A stretch of DNA of 64,000 nt from Spirochaetia bacterium (GTDB lineage: Bacteria; Spirochaetota; UBA4802; UBA5550): assembly GCA_009885955.1 (NCBI GenBank), contig VFJS01000042.1, positions 4,623 to 68,622 of the forward strand, written 5' to 3'. The first letter of the stretch is position 1, and each line of letters opens with the position of its first letter. Positions 30,044-38,713 of this stretch are shown in pieces. Under the pieces are notes generated by a model. That model did not search any database, was not told the origin of the DNA, and saw only the letters and a program-made list of their open reading frames with translations. Position numbers and translations under genes: made by a program.

Positions 30044-30290
30044 TGCACGCCCTCACCCCCGACTCGTCGAGCGCTTTTCGAACATCGAACAGCAGGATGC
30101 GGTGAATGCCGAAACGCGACAGGACGTCGCAAAAAGCTTTGGCCTGTCCGCGCTCGACACTAAAGCATCCTGCTTGTCGGCAGTGCGCTTTTTCGACCTC
30201 CTGTCGGCGCACTGCACTAAAGCATCCTGCTTGTCGCCTCTCCCAGAATGGGGCGAGGGGAGTCTTTGGCATGTTAATAAAATTTCATTC
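30044..30290. mobile_element. GC-rich MITE-like structured repeat element, copy 1
   Basis: Termini GCCCTCACCCCC ... GGGGCGAGGGG. Internal 22-bp direct repeat CACTAAAGCATCCTGCTTGTCG occurs twice, plus inverted partners. Related sequences at 38514..38694 and 41270..41631. Confidence 0.55.
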
Positions 30291-30496
30291 ATTCACTCAG
30301 AAAATAAAGGATACTATTTCAATCAGAATTAATCAAGCATTTTTTGTTTTAGGAAAAAAAGGAAAAGTAAAATATTTTATGGCCATTTACTGAACTGAAA
30401 GAAATTTGGCTTGACACATGAGAATATTTTGATATATTGTTGACGATGTGTGATACTTCCGTATTGCAAAATATAAAATTAATTTGGAGGAATTGA

Positions 30497-30929
30497 ATGA
30501 AAATATTGTATCAATTAATGAAAAAATTCTCTCTCTCTCTCTCTCATAATCATTTTTTCCAGTTTTAATATCATCGGTTGTGCTACAATAACTAGAGGAA
30601 GTGAAGAAGCATTAGCGATAAATTCAAAACCTACAGGTGCAATGGTTCTAATTAAAAATACTGAAGATGGGACTGAAATATTTAAAGGATTAACTCCAAC
30701 CGCTGTAAAACTTAAAAGAAAAGGTAATTATTCAGTAAGAATTGAAAAAGAAGGTTATGAAACATTGTTAATTAATGTAACAAATCAAAAATCAGATACA
30801 GGAGGGGTAGCAACTGCTGGAAAATGTCTTGCTGGAGGCTGTATAGGATTTGGAATTGACCATAGTACAGGTGCAGGATTAAATCTAATACCCAATCCAA
30901 TAAATGCTGAATTAGTTATTACAAAGTGA
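30497..30929 (+). CDS. phase-variable PEGA-domain lipoprotein gene, currently frame-shifted (OFF) within a (TC)9 tract in its signal peptide
   Basis: GGAGG is 6 nt before ATG 30497. A 23-codon ORF stops at 30566. The downstream frame encodes lipobox IIGC then a PEGA-like domain; one extra TC unit fuses the two frames. The track lists only the internal ORF 30642..30929. Confidence 0.65.
30528..30545. repeat. (TC)9 dinucleotide simple-sequence repeat
   Basis: Counted directly as tctctctctctctctctc. Confidence 0.95.
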
Positions 30930-30937
30930 CCAACGCA

Positions 30938-30975
30938 TCGGCTAAAGCTGAAGGCTTCTGTTTCGGCTTTAGCCG
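30938..30975 (+). terminator. stem-loop (CGGCTAAAGC / GCTTTAGCCG, 10-bp stem) 9 nt after the lipoprotein stop; weak U-tract
   Basis: Inverted repeat read from the sequence; no clear U-tract follows. Confidence 0.4.
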
Positions 30976-31325
30976 AATAAATGTCATCCTCAACCTGAAA
31001 ATTGTCATCTACGGGTTCTTTTCCTTGCTCCTCAATATATTATAGGATGATCTCATCAGTTATATTTCATGATGATACTACAAAATATCCCCGAGTCCAC
31101 AGATGACGACCCCAAAATTGATGACTCAGTTCAATGTATTCTGTTAATAATTTGATGGCGTAACAAACGCCTGACCCTATAAAAAAAGAGCATTCTGATA
31201 AATAACATGCGGCAGCTGACAGCAGCCGGATGAGAAGGTTTTGGCTGCCGCGTTTTCTGATGATTATTAACTTGACATTTCCATTTATTTATGAGAAATT
31301 GATGAAATGGATCTATGGAGGAGTT

Positions 31326-31529
31326 ATGATAATTGAAAATCGAAATAACGAAATAATAATTCGCATTCCGGCGAATATTGACATAAATATATCTCAGGAT
31401 TTTATTGAGTATGTGCATGTAAAGAGTATTCTTTCCGGGAGCAGCGCCTCACAGGAAGATATTGAAAAAATTTCTGATGAAATCAATAAATTATGGTGGG
31501 AAAAAAATAAAACCAGGTTTATTAAATGA
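31326..31529 (+). CDS. putative antitoxin (small protein upstream of and overlapping a PIN toxin gene)
   Basis: 67 aa. GGAGGAG SD. ATGA overlap with the PIN gene. No family recognised. Confidence 0.45.
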   Translation: MIIENRNNEIIIRIPANIDINISQDFIEYVHVKSILSGSSASQEDIEKISDEINKLWWEKNKTRFIK

Positions 31530-31966
31530 GGGTTGTCATTGACACCAATATACTCATAAGCGCTTTAATCAATCCAGCAGGCAAAGAAGCTGATATACTT
31601 TTAAATCCTCTTTACGAATATGAAAAATATAGCTGCTATTTTCTATTTGTTGAAATATTAAAACATAAAGATAAACTTCTTAAGTTTTCGAGTTATAAAG
31701 AAGTGGATTTTCTCGAGCTATATTATTGTATCTTAAGAAAATTGAAATTTATCAACGAAGAGCACATCCCTTTCCGTATCTGGGAGCAAGCTTTATTCAT
31801 TACAAAAGATATAGATGAGAATGATACTCCGTTTGTAGCTCTAACTATTTACTTGGATGGTATTCTCTGGTCGGGTGATAAAAAAATTATGAAATGTCTT
31901 GAAAAAAAGGATTTTAATAAGTATATAACGACAAAAGATTTGATCGTTTTATTGGAAAAAAGGTAA
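31526..31966 (+). CDS. PIN-domain (VapC-like) toxin
   Basis: MRVVIDTNILISAL N-terminus with acidic residues at DENDTPFVAL and LWSGDKK. Confidence 0.7.
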   Translation: MRVVIDTNILISALINPAGKEADILLNPLYEYEKYSCYFLFVEILKHKDKLLKFSSYKEVDFLELYYCILRKLKFINEEHIPFRIWEQALFITKDIDENDTPFVALTIYLDGILWSGDKKIMKCLEKKDFNKYITTKDLIVLLEKR

Positions 31967-31973
31967 ATATTTT

Positions 31974-32201
31974 ATGAAAATACAATATTTTCCTGAAACA
32001 GATTCCCTTGGGATCATGTTTTCCGAGAAGCCTGGCTCCGACTCCTATGAAATAGCGGAAGGAATCACGGTTGATATTGACGATAATAGCAGGCCAGTTG
32101 GTATAGAGTTTGAATCCGCGAAAGGCAGGATCGATCTTTCTGATATCATTCTAAAAGTGCCAACGACACATATCAGTTATGATTCCGTAAAAATAAAATA
32201 A
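31974..32201 (+). CDS. DUF2283-family small protein
   Basis: MKIQYFPETDSLGIMFSE ... VGIEFESAKGRIDLSD matches the DUF2283 pattern. Confidence 0.6.
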   Translation: MKIQYFPETDSLGIMFSEKPGSDSYEIAEGITVDIDDNSRPVGIEFESAKGRIDLSDIILKVPTTHISYDSVKIK

Positions 32202-32477
32202 ATCCTCCTTTTTTTGCTTAACCATAGGAATATTATTAGTAAGTAATAAGACTCATGTTAACGCGGCAGTCGGGCGAGCAAGTTTTGGCTGCCGCATACT
32301 CTATTCTCCACCGGTTTTCAACATATCAATTCAACATGATGGACCCATTGTTATCTTGACATTTCCATTTATTTTTATGAAATTGATGGTATGGATGTTG
32401 AAAAATGTATTTACCCGGCCAATAAAAACATGGATAATTCCCTTATAAAAATTTGTTATTGAGCATGGAAGGTCAAA

Positions 32478-32715
<238 letters not shown>

Positions 32716-32814
32716 TTAATATAGATAACCGATTAGAAATTACTCTGATATCAATTGCTCTAAGTAGTTACACCGGTTATATACATCAATTTGATTATTT
32801 TTAAATATGAATGC

Positions 32815-34308
32815 CTACTTTGTCCACTTATTTTCCAGAATATTATTTATTGAATGATGTACCTTTACTGCGGTCACTGTGCATGGCGCTTCAGCGACTA
32901 CCCTGGAGCACACTTTGCCATGGAAACTGAACACTGTCGAATACCCGGGCGCGCCGATAACTATGTGGTCGACATGGTTTGACCTGGCAAAATCTATTAT
33001 TGCCTCTGCCGGGTCCGGGGATTCCAGGACATGAAAGGATATTTTTCCCGGCGGAATGTTGAGGCCCGCGGCCCACTGCTTCAGTTCAATGAGCCTCTGG
33101 AGATGGAGGTTGTGGCCTTCATTGTCTATGCCGGTGTCAATTCCCACCCTGAGTGTTTTCCGCACGGTAATGCAAGTCAGCCTGGCGCCTCTTTCCGAAT
33201 CAAAAACACGCTGGACAGCTTTTATCAGCGCACTTTTCATCTCTTTGACCCCGTGATGGGTGTCAACAGCAGCCATGATGATGGGGACCGTATCGAGATG
33301 GCGCTCAAGGGAGAGGGCCGTCGGCGCGCCAGTCCTAAAGTAGTTCATCCACCTGCCCGCCGAGGTCCAGAAGGTGTTTCTCCCTGTCCTGTCTGCCCGG
33401 GAAGTGAGAGGCACAGTGTCCGGGTTTTTCAGATCAAAGGCAAGCTGAGCCGCGCTGCCGTGCCGTTTCATGGGATCAGCCTCCAGGCACCGGAGAATGA
33501 TCTCCTGGAGCCAGTCAGGGCAATTTTTGTTTATGGCCTTCGGAGGGTCGGGCAGCTGATAAAGCCTCCTTTTAAATCCTGTTATGCTCACCGGGCTTCC
33601 AAAGGGGAGTTCGCCGGTAATGAGCTCATACAGTATAACGCCAAGGGAAAATATGTCGCTCCGGTGATCGTTCCGCATGCCCAGTACCTGTTCCGGTGAA
33701 ATGTACGGTGCAGTCCCCATGGGGAGATGGTATATCTCCGCCATGAGGTCAGGAAGCTGTTCATGCCTGGACAGCCCTAAATCGATGAGCACCGCATCGC
33801 CGTTTTCACGGAAGAGCACATTGTCCGGAGTGAGATCAAAGTGGATGATATGCTGGCGGTGGATCTCGTGAAGGGCGACGGCAATTTTTGAGCCTATGCC
33901 GGCCGTCTCATCAGGGGGCAGAACTCCCTTTCCAAGCCTGTTTTCCAGGGATTCTCCCGGGATATGCTCCATTACAATGTATGGCTGGGCGGTAAAATCA
34001 CCGGAGGATATGAAACGCGGCACATGTATTCCGGTAACTTCAGGGAGTATCATGAGCTCTACTTCAAAGCATATGATTGATGCCGGATTGTCACCTTCGG
34101 TGAGGCGGGGTATCTTCATTACAGCCGGGATCGATACATCATCACGAGTGACGCTCCAAATGGCGGACATACCGCCGAAGTGTACCAGATTACCAATACT
34201 GAATCCGTCAATCAGCGATCCCGGTTTAATCATTTCGTTATGCATGAGTATTTGTCTCCAATTATATGAATCAGCAGGGGTTGACTGAAAAGTAAGCCAC
34301 AGTGACAC
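32815..34308 (-). CDS. Hanks-type Ser/Thr protein kinase fused to a C-terminal universal stress protein (Usp) domain
   Basis: Kinase motifs: AVMKI (VAIK equivalent), HFDLTPDN (catalytic loop variant), DLG, SPE. Usp-like C-terminus (IIMAAVD...DHIVIGAPG). Confidence 0.85.
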   Translation of the reverse strand: MSLWLTFQSTPADSYNWRQILMHNEMIKPGSLIDGFSIGNLVHFGGMSAIWSVTRDDVSIPAVMKIPRLTEGDNPASIICFEVELMILPEVTGIHVPRFISSGDFTAQPYIVMEHIPGESLENRLGKGVLPPDETAGIGSKIAVALHEIHRQHIIHFDLTPDNVLFRENGDAVLIDLGLSRHEQLPDLMAEIYHLPMGTAPYISPEQVLGMRNDHRSDIFSLGVILYELITGELPFGSPVSITGFKRRLYQLPDPPKAINKNCPDWLQEIILRCLEADPMKRHGSAAQLAFDLKNPDTVPLTSRADRTGRNTFWTSAGRWMNYFRTGAPTALSLERHLDTVPIIMAAVDTHHGVKEMKSALIKAVQRVFDSERGARLTCITVRKTLRVGIDTGIDNEGHNLHLQRLIELKQWAAGLNIPPGKISFHVLESPDPAEAIIDFARSNHVDHIVIGAPGYSTVFSFHGKVCSRVVAEAPCTVTAVKVHHSINNILENKWTK

Positions 34309-34632
34309 CGCGGCAATTTTTGAGTTTTTTGGACAACCCCATTATATCAATATAAACTTTCCCGGCTTCCCGGTATAATAGTTGCAAAACAATTATTAAA
34401 TAATGTTCTTTTAGCTGATATAAAAACGCGCAGATATGGTTTATTCCGTCAAGTAATTATCAGGTATGCAGTTAAAGATGTCTTGATAAAAAGGGATTAT
34501 TGAAATTATTATTCCTGTCCTGAAAATATGATGTTGACATATAATTCATGAAAACGATAATTTTGGATGGATTCAATATGATGATAAAGATCAATGCTTT
34601 TCATTGAATGTTTGAAATGACAAAAGAAAGGG

Positions 34633-35292
34633 ATGGTTATGAAATCACTATTGCTGAAGGATGACATGGAAAAGCTGTATAACAGGGCAATGGCGCTGGG
34701 CCTGATCACAGTGCTGTATAATCTAATAGAAGGGATTGTTTCAATCTATTTTGCCGTAAGCGATAAAACACTGGCACTCCTGGGGTTCGGTGTCGACAGT
34801 TTCGTTGAAGTGATTTCCGGCGCAGGAATACTTCACATGATAATGAGGATTAAAAGGAACCCCTCAGCATCCAGGGATACATTCGAAAAGCATGCCCTCT
34901 ATGTAACAGGTTTCAGCTTTTACCTTCTCTCAGCCGGCCTTGTTGCCGGGGCTGCGATCAATCTTTATAATGACACAAAGCCCGATGCCACAGTCATGGG
35001 TACGGTCATATCAACCATCTCCATTGCAACGATGTGGCTCCTCTATGTTTACAAGCTAAAGGTCGGGAAGGCCCTTGGTTCTCAGCCGATAATCTCCGAT
35101 GCGCAGTGCACAAAGGCATGCCTCTACCTCTCGGTAGTTCTTCTCATATCGAGCCTCCTTTATGAGATTTTCAAGGTAGGATATTTCGATATCGCCGGCG
35201 CCCTGGGGATCTCCTGGTTCTCCTTCAGGGAAGGCAGAGAGGCCATAATGAAGGGGAAAAACAGCAGTTTTCAGTGCTGTTCCGATGACTGA
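34633..35292 (+). CDS. hypothetical integral membrane protein (possibly a cation-efflux-like fragment)
   Basis: Five or six predicted TM helices. Weak resemblance to a CDF N-terminal region (LALLGFGVDSFVEVIS). Confidence 0.35.
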   Translation: MVMKSLLLKDDMEKLYNRAMALGLITVLYNLIEGIVSIYFAVSDKTLALLGFGVDSFVEVISGAGILHMIMRIKRNPSASRDTFEKHALYVTGFSFYLLSAGLVAGAAINLYNDTKPDATVMGTVISTISIATMWLLYVYKLKVGKALGSQPIISDAQCTKACLYLSVVLLISSLLYEIFKVGYFDIAGALGISWFSFREGREAIMKGKNSSFQCCSDD

Positions 35293-35430
35293 TGAAAACC
35301 GGCATTTTTATGGAACCGTGTCAATATTTTTGCTTGAAAAAAAGTAACGAAAAAGTATAGTAACAAAAAGATTCTGCCGTGGCTGACTATATTATTAAGT
35401 TTAAAAAATTAACAACGAAAGGCGGTAACT

Positions 35431-35934
35431 ATGAGTAAGACTGAAGAGAATGTAATGCAGGCATTTGCCGGGGAATCACAGGCAAACAGGAAATATCTTG
35501 CCTTTGCGAAAAGAGCGGAAAAGGATGGATATCCCCAGGTGGCAAAATTATTCAGGGCTGCCGCGTACGCGGAAACGGTCCATGCCCACAGCCATCTCGA
35601 TGTGGTGAATGGTGTGAGCGACACCCTTACTAATCTCAGCAAAGCTGCAGAGGGGGAGTCCCATGAATTTACCTCCATGTACCCTGAATTCATAAAACAG
35701 GCAGAGGCTGACGGAAACAAAAAGGCGAAGAGGAGCTTCGAACTTGCCAATGAAGTCGAAAAGGTGCATGAGAAGCTCTACCAGGGGGCAATAGCCTCGG
35801 TGAAAAACGGGAAGGACCTCGCGGTGAAGGATATCTATGTCTGTGAAATCTGCGGGCATACACACGAGGACCATGCCCCGGACAAGTGCCCGGTCTGCGG
35901 CGCAAAGAAGGAGCTTTTTACAAAGATCGTTTAG
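35431..35934 (+). CDS. rbr: rubrerythrin
   Basis: Ferritin-like di-iron ExxH motifs and a C-terminal rubredoxin-like CEICGH...CPVCG. Confidence 0.9.
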   Translation: MSKTEENVMQAFAGESQANRKYLAFAKRAEKDGYPQVAKLFRAAAYAETVHAHSHLDVVNGVSDTLTNLSKAAEGESHEFTSMYPEFIKQAEADGNKKAKRSFELANEVEKVHEKLYQGAIASVKNGKDLAVKDIYVCEICGHTHEDHAPDKCPVCGAKKELFTKIV

Positions 35935-35938
35935 GATA

Positions 35939-36445
35939 CTACTTCTTCCTGAAAAGGATATTTCCCCGGGAATCGATTATTTCCAGTATGGGGTGTGAAG
36001 GGGATCTCCTGTCAATGACAGCAGGATCCCCGGTATCCTTTTTATCAATCTTCACGGATTCATCTTTTATCACGGGCGATTTCTGAACAAGTTCCTTCTC
36101 TATTTTTTTCTCTTTTTCACCTTTTTCTCTATTTCCTCCATTTTCTGATTTTTCAGGCTTTATGGTTTTTTCCTCTTTTTTTGTTTTTTCTAACATGCCG
36201 GCCAAATCAGGGTGTATGTTTTTTTTAATAAATGGCATATCAGGGTGCAGGGGGTTATCTTCATGCGGTTCCCCGGAGAATATTGCATTCTGCCATATCA
36301 TCGAGTCATATATCTGCGGTTTGCGGCATGTTCTGATTAAAAATATGCAAAACAGAAGGAGCAGGACTATAATGAAAATCAGGAGCCCTTTTTTTTTATC
36401 GTTCCTATTATTATTGTTCTTTTTTTGTTTTTTTACAGCCTTCAT
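35939..36445 (-). CDS. hypothetical membrane-anchored Lys/Glu-rich protein
   Basis: N-terminal TM helix followed by low-complexity KE-rich sequence. Confidence 0.35.
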   Translation of the reverse strand: MKAVKKQKKNNNNRNDKKKGLLIFIIVLLLLFCIFLIRTCRKPQIYDSMIWQNAIFSGEPHEDNPLHPDMPFIKKNIHPDLAGMLEKTKKEEKTIKPEKSENGGNREKGEKEKKIEKELVQKSPVIKDESVKIDKKDTGDPAVIDRRSPSHPILEIIDSRGNILFRKK

Positions 36446-36674
36446 TTGTCTGCTCTTTACCTGATTACGCTAATTTCCTTCTGCTTCCCGAATGAATAAT
36501 TGTATTGTTTGTAATTTAAGCAGTGTTGAAAATAATTTCAATTAATAGTTAAATTATATTGACAATATTTTAATGTATTGCCATGCTGCTGTGTATGATA
36601 ATTAATTTATATTTATCATATAATTTTAAATTATAAAACCATGGATGATACATACATTGAAATCTGATAACAAC

Positions 36675-36743
36675 ATGATGCCCGGGAAGGCGCTGCTTTT
36701 ATCCCTTCTCCTATCTCTTGATATAAACAGGACCGGTTCGTGA
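36675..36743 (+). CDS. candidate leucine-rich leader peptide (MMPGKALLLSLLLSLDINRTGS)
   Basis: 22 codons, 7 of them Leu within 9 residues, using 5 different Leu codons. An intrinsic terminator follows and leuA lies downstream. Weak SD. Confidence 0.4.
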   Translation: MMPGKALLLSLLLSLDINRTGS

Positions 36744-36773
36744 TGTCTTTGAAATATTAGTCTGATTAAAAAA

Positions 36774-36808
36774 GGCCGTCACGAAAAAGAGTGACGGCCT
36801 TTTTTTTT
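36774..36808 (+). terminator. intrinsic terminator/attenuator (GGCCGTCAC / GTGACGGCC stem plus T9) about 100 nt upstream of leuA
   Basis: Perfect 9-bp stem, 8-nt loop, nine T residues. Confidence 0.6.
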
Positions 36809-36912
36809 ATAAAATAACCCCCCCATACTCAACCACTCAGTGGAGTATAGTAGGGGCGAGGATATTCTGGAATATGTAAAATAAATTTCATTAAAAAAAG
36901 GATGGCAGTACA

Positions 36913-38490
36913 ATGAAAAAAAATGACAGGATAATAATTTTCGACACAACCCTGAGGGACGGAGAGCAGTCTCCCGGATTCAGCATGAATATAGAGGAAA
37001 AGCTTCTCATCGCCGACCAGCTTGAGAGCCTGAATGTGGATGTCATTGAAGCCGGCTTCCCGGTAATATCAGATGGCGACTTTGAGGCTGTCCAGAGGAT
37101 CTCGGAACGGGTGAAGAAGGCCCAGGTGGCAGGGCTTGCCAGGGCCAATGGACCGGACATAGATGCTGCATGGAAGGCGCTGAAGAATGCCAGGAAGCCC
37201 AGGATTCACACATTCATATCCAGCTCGGACATACACATAAAGCACCAGCTTAAAAAAACCAGGGCCGAAGTGCTTAAAATCGCCATTGAATCAGTGAAGA
37301 AGGCGAAATCATATACTGCCAATGTGGAATTTTCGCCCATGGACGCCACAAGGAGCGACATCGGGTTCCTTGCGGAAATGGTACACGCCGTCATCGAGGC
37401 CGGGGCAACCACGATCAACATCCCCGACACCGTGGGGTATACCATCCCATCGGAATTTCATTTTATCATAAAACATCTCTACGAACATGTGCCTGGCATA
37501 CACAATATAATAGTATCGGTCCACTGCCACAATGACCTGGGCCTTGCCGTGGCAAATTCAATTGCAGCAGTGCAGGCAGGGGCACGGCAGATCGAGTGCA
37601 CCATAAACGGCATAGGCGAACGGGCCGGGAACACGGCCATGGAGGAGATCGTAATGGCCATCAAGACCAGGAGCGATATGTTCAGGGTGACTACCGGCAT
37701 CAATACGAAGCAGATCATGTCAGCGAGCAAACTCCTTACCCATATCACCGGCGTATCAGTGCAGCCCAACAAGGCAATCGTGGGCGACAACGCTTTTGCC
37801 CATGAATCCGGGATACACCAGGACGGGATACTCAAAAATTCCATGACCTATGAAATCATGAAGCCCGAGGACGTGGGCATAAGCAAGTCGACCCTGGTGC
37901 TCGGCAAGCATTCCGGCAGGCATGCAGTCGTGGACAGGCTGAAGACCATGGGCTACAAGCTGAAAAAGGATGAAGTGGACCGTTTTTTCAAATACTTCAA
38001 GAACCTTGCAGACAAGAAGAAACAGATTTTCGACGAGGACCTCATCGCCATCGTGGGGGAGTCCATATACAAGGAGGAGCAGAAGAGGAGGTACAAGGTG
38101 GAGAACGTCCAGATATCCACGGGTATGTTCTCGCCTCCCATGAGCATGGTCACCCTGAAAGACCATGATGACGACAACAAAATATCCTTTGAGGTGCAGC
38201 ACGGGAACGGCGGGGTCGATGCCGGGGTCAACGCGGTGAGGAAGATGACCGGAACCAAAGCGGTCATAAAGGCCTTTTCATTGACAGCCATTACCGGCGG
38301 GTCCGACGCCCTCTGCGAGGTTTCGGTTACGGCAGTGGAAAACTTCAAGGGAAGGGAACTGAAGGTATTCGGCAGCGGCGTGAGCATCGACATCTCCATC
38401 GCAGGCATTTTTTCCTTTGTCGACGCACTGAACAAGATCGAGTACTTGAAGAAGATGGGTCATGCGAGGAAGATTTCGGAAAAAGTTTAG
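36913..38490 (+). CDS. leuA: 2-isopropylmalate synthase (LeuA/CimA family)
   Basis: DTTLRDGEQSPG N-terminal motif, HxH metal-binding site (HCHND) and C-terminal LeuA-dimer regulatory domain. Confidence 0.85.
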   Translation: MKKNDRIIIFDTTLRDGEQSPGFSMNIEEKLLIADQLESLNVDVIEAGFPVISDGDFEAVQRISERVKKAQVAGLARANGPDIDAAWKALKNARKPRIHTFISSSDIHIKHQLKKTRAEVLKIAIESVKKAKSYTANVEFSPMDATRSDIGFLAEMVHAVIEAGATTINIPDTVGYTIPSEFHFIIKHLYEHVPGIHNIIVSVHCHNDLGLAVANSIAAVQAGARQIECTINGIGERAGNTAMEEIVMAIKTRSDMFRVTTGINTKQIMSASKLLTHITGVSVQPNKAIVGDNAFAHESGIHQDGILKNSMTYEIMKPEDVGISKSTLVLGKHSGRHAVVDRLKTMGYKLKKDEVDRFFKYFKNLADKKKQIFDEDLIAIVGESIYKEEQKRRYKVENVQISTGMFSPPMSMVTLKDHDDDNKISFEVQHGNGGVDAGVNAVRKMTGTKAVIKAFSLTAITGGSDALCEVSVTAVENFKGRELKVFGSGVSIDISIAGIFSFVDALNKIEYLKKMGHARKISEKV

Positions 38491-38513
38491 GAAAAATTGC
38501 TCACGGAAAACGA

Positions 38514-38694
38514 TGCCCTCACCCCCGGCCCACTTCGACAGGCTCAGTGCACCGCCTCTTCCGAAATAGGGAGAGGGGTTGTAGGCAATCAAGAACAAGG
38601 AGCTTAAGCCCATTGTTCTGTATAAGAAACCCTCGCCTGATCCCTGAGCGGAGCCGAAGGGCGGGAGAGGGTGCGCAGAGCGCGGGTGAGGGCA
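38514..38694. mobile_element. GC-rich MITE-like element, copy 2
   Basis: Termini GCCCTCACCCCCG ... CGGGTGAGGGC form an 11-bp TIR. Internal AGGGAGAGGGGTTGTAGG motif is shared with copy 3. Confidence 0.55.
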
Positions 38695-38713
38695 TAAAGT
38701 TCATCTGAATAAC

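Noticed and set aside
30528-30545. (TC)9 and the recA 9-bp repeats considered as CRISPR-like arrays
   Set aside because: Units are 2 bp and 9 bp, contiguous with no spacers. These are simple-sequence and coding repeats, not CRISPR.
31131-31418. 95-aa minus-strand ORF overlapping the TA promoter cassette
   Set aside because: It overlaps the repeated hairpin/promoter element and the antitoxin start on the other strand. Basic low-complexity sequence, no RBS.
33031-33699. 222-aa plus-strand ORF opposite the Ser/Thr kinase gene
   Set aside because: Antisense to a kinase with all Hanks motifs in order. No signals of its own.
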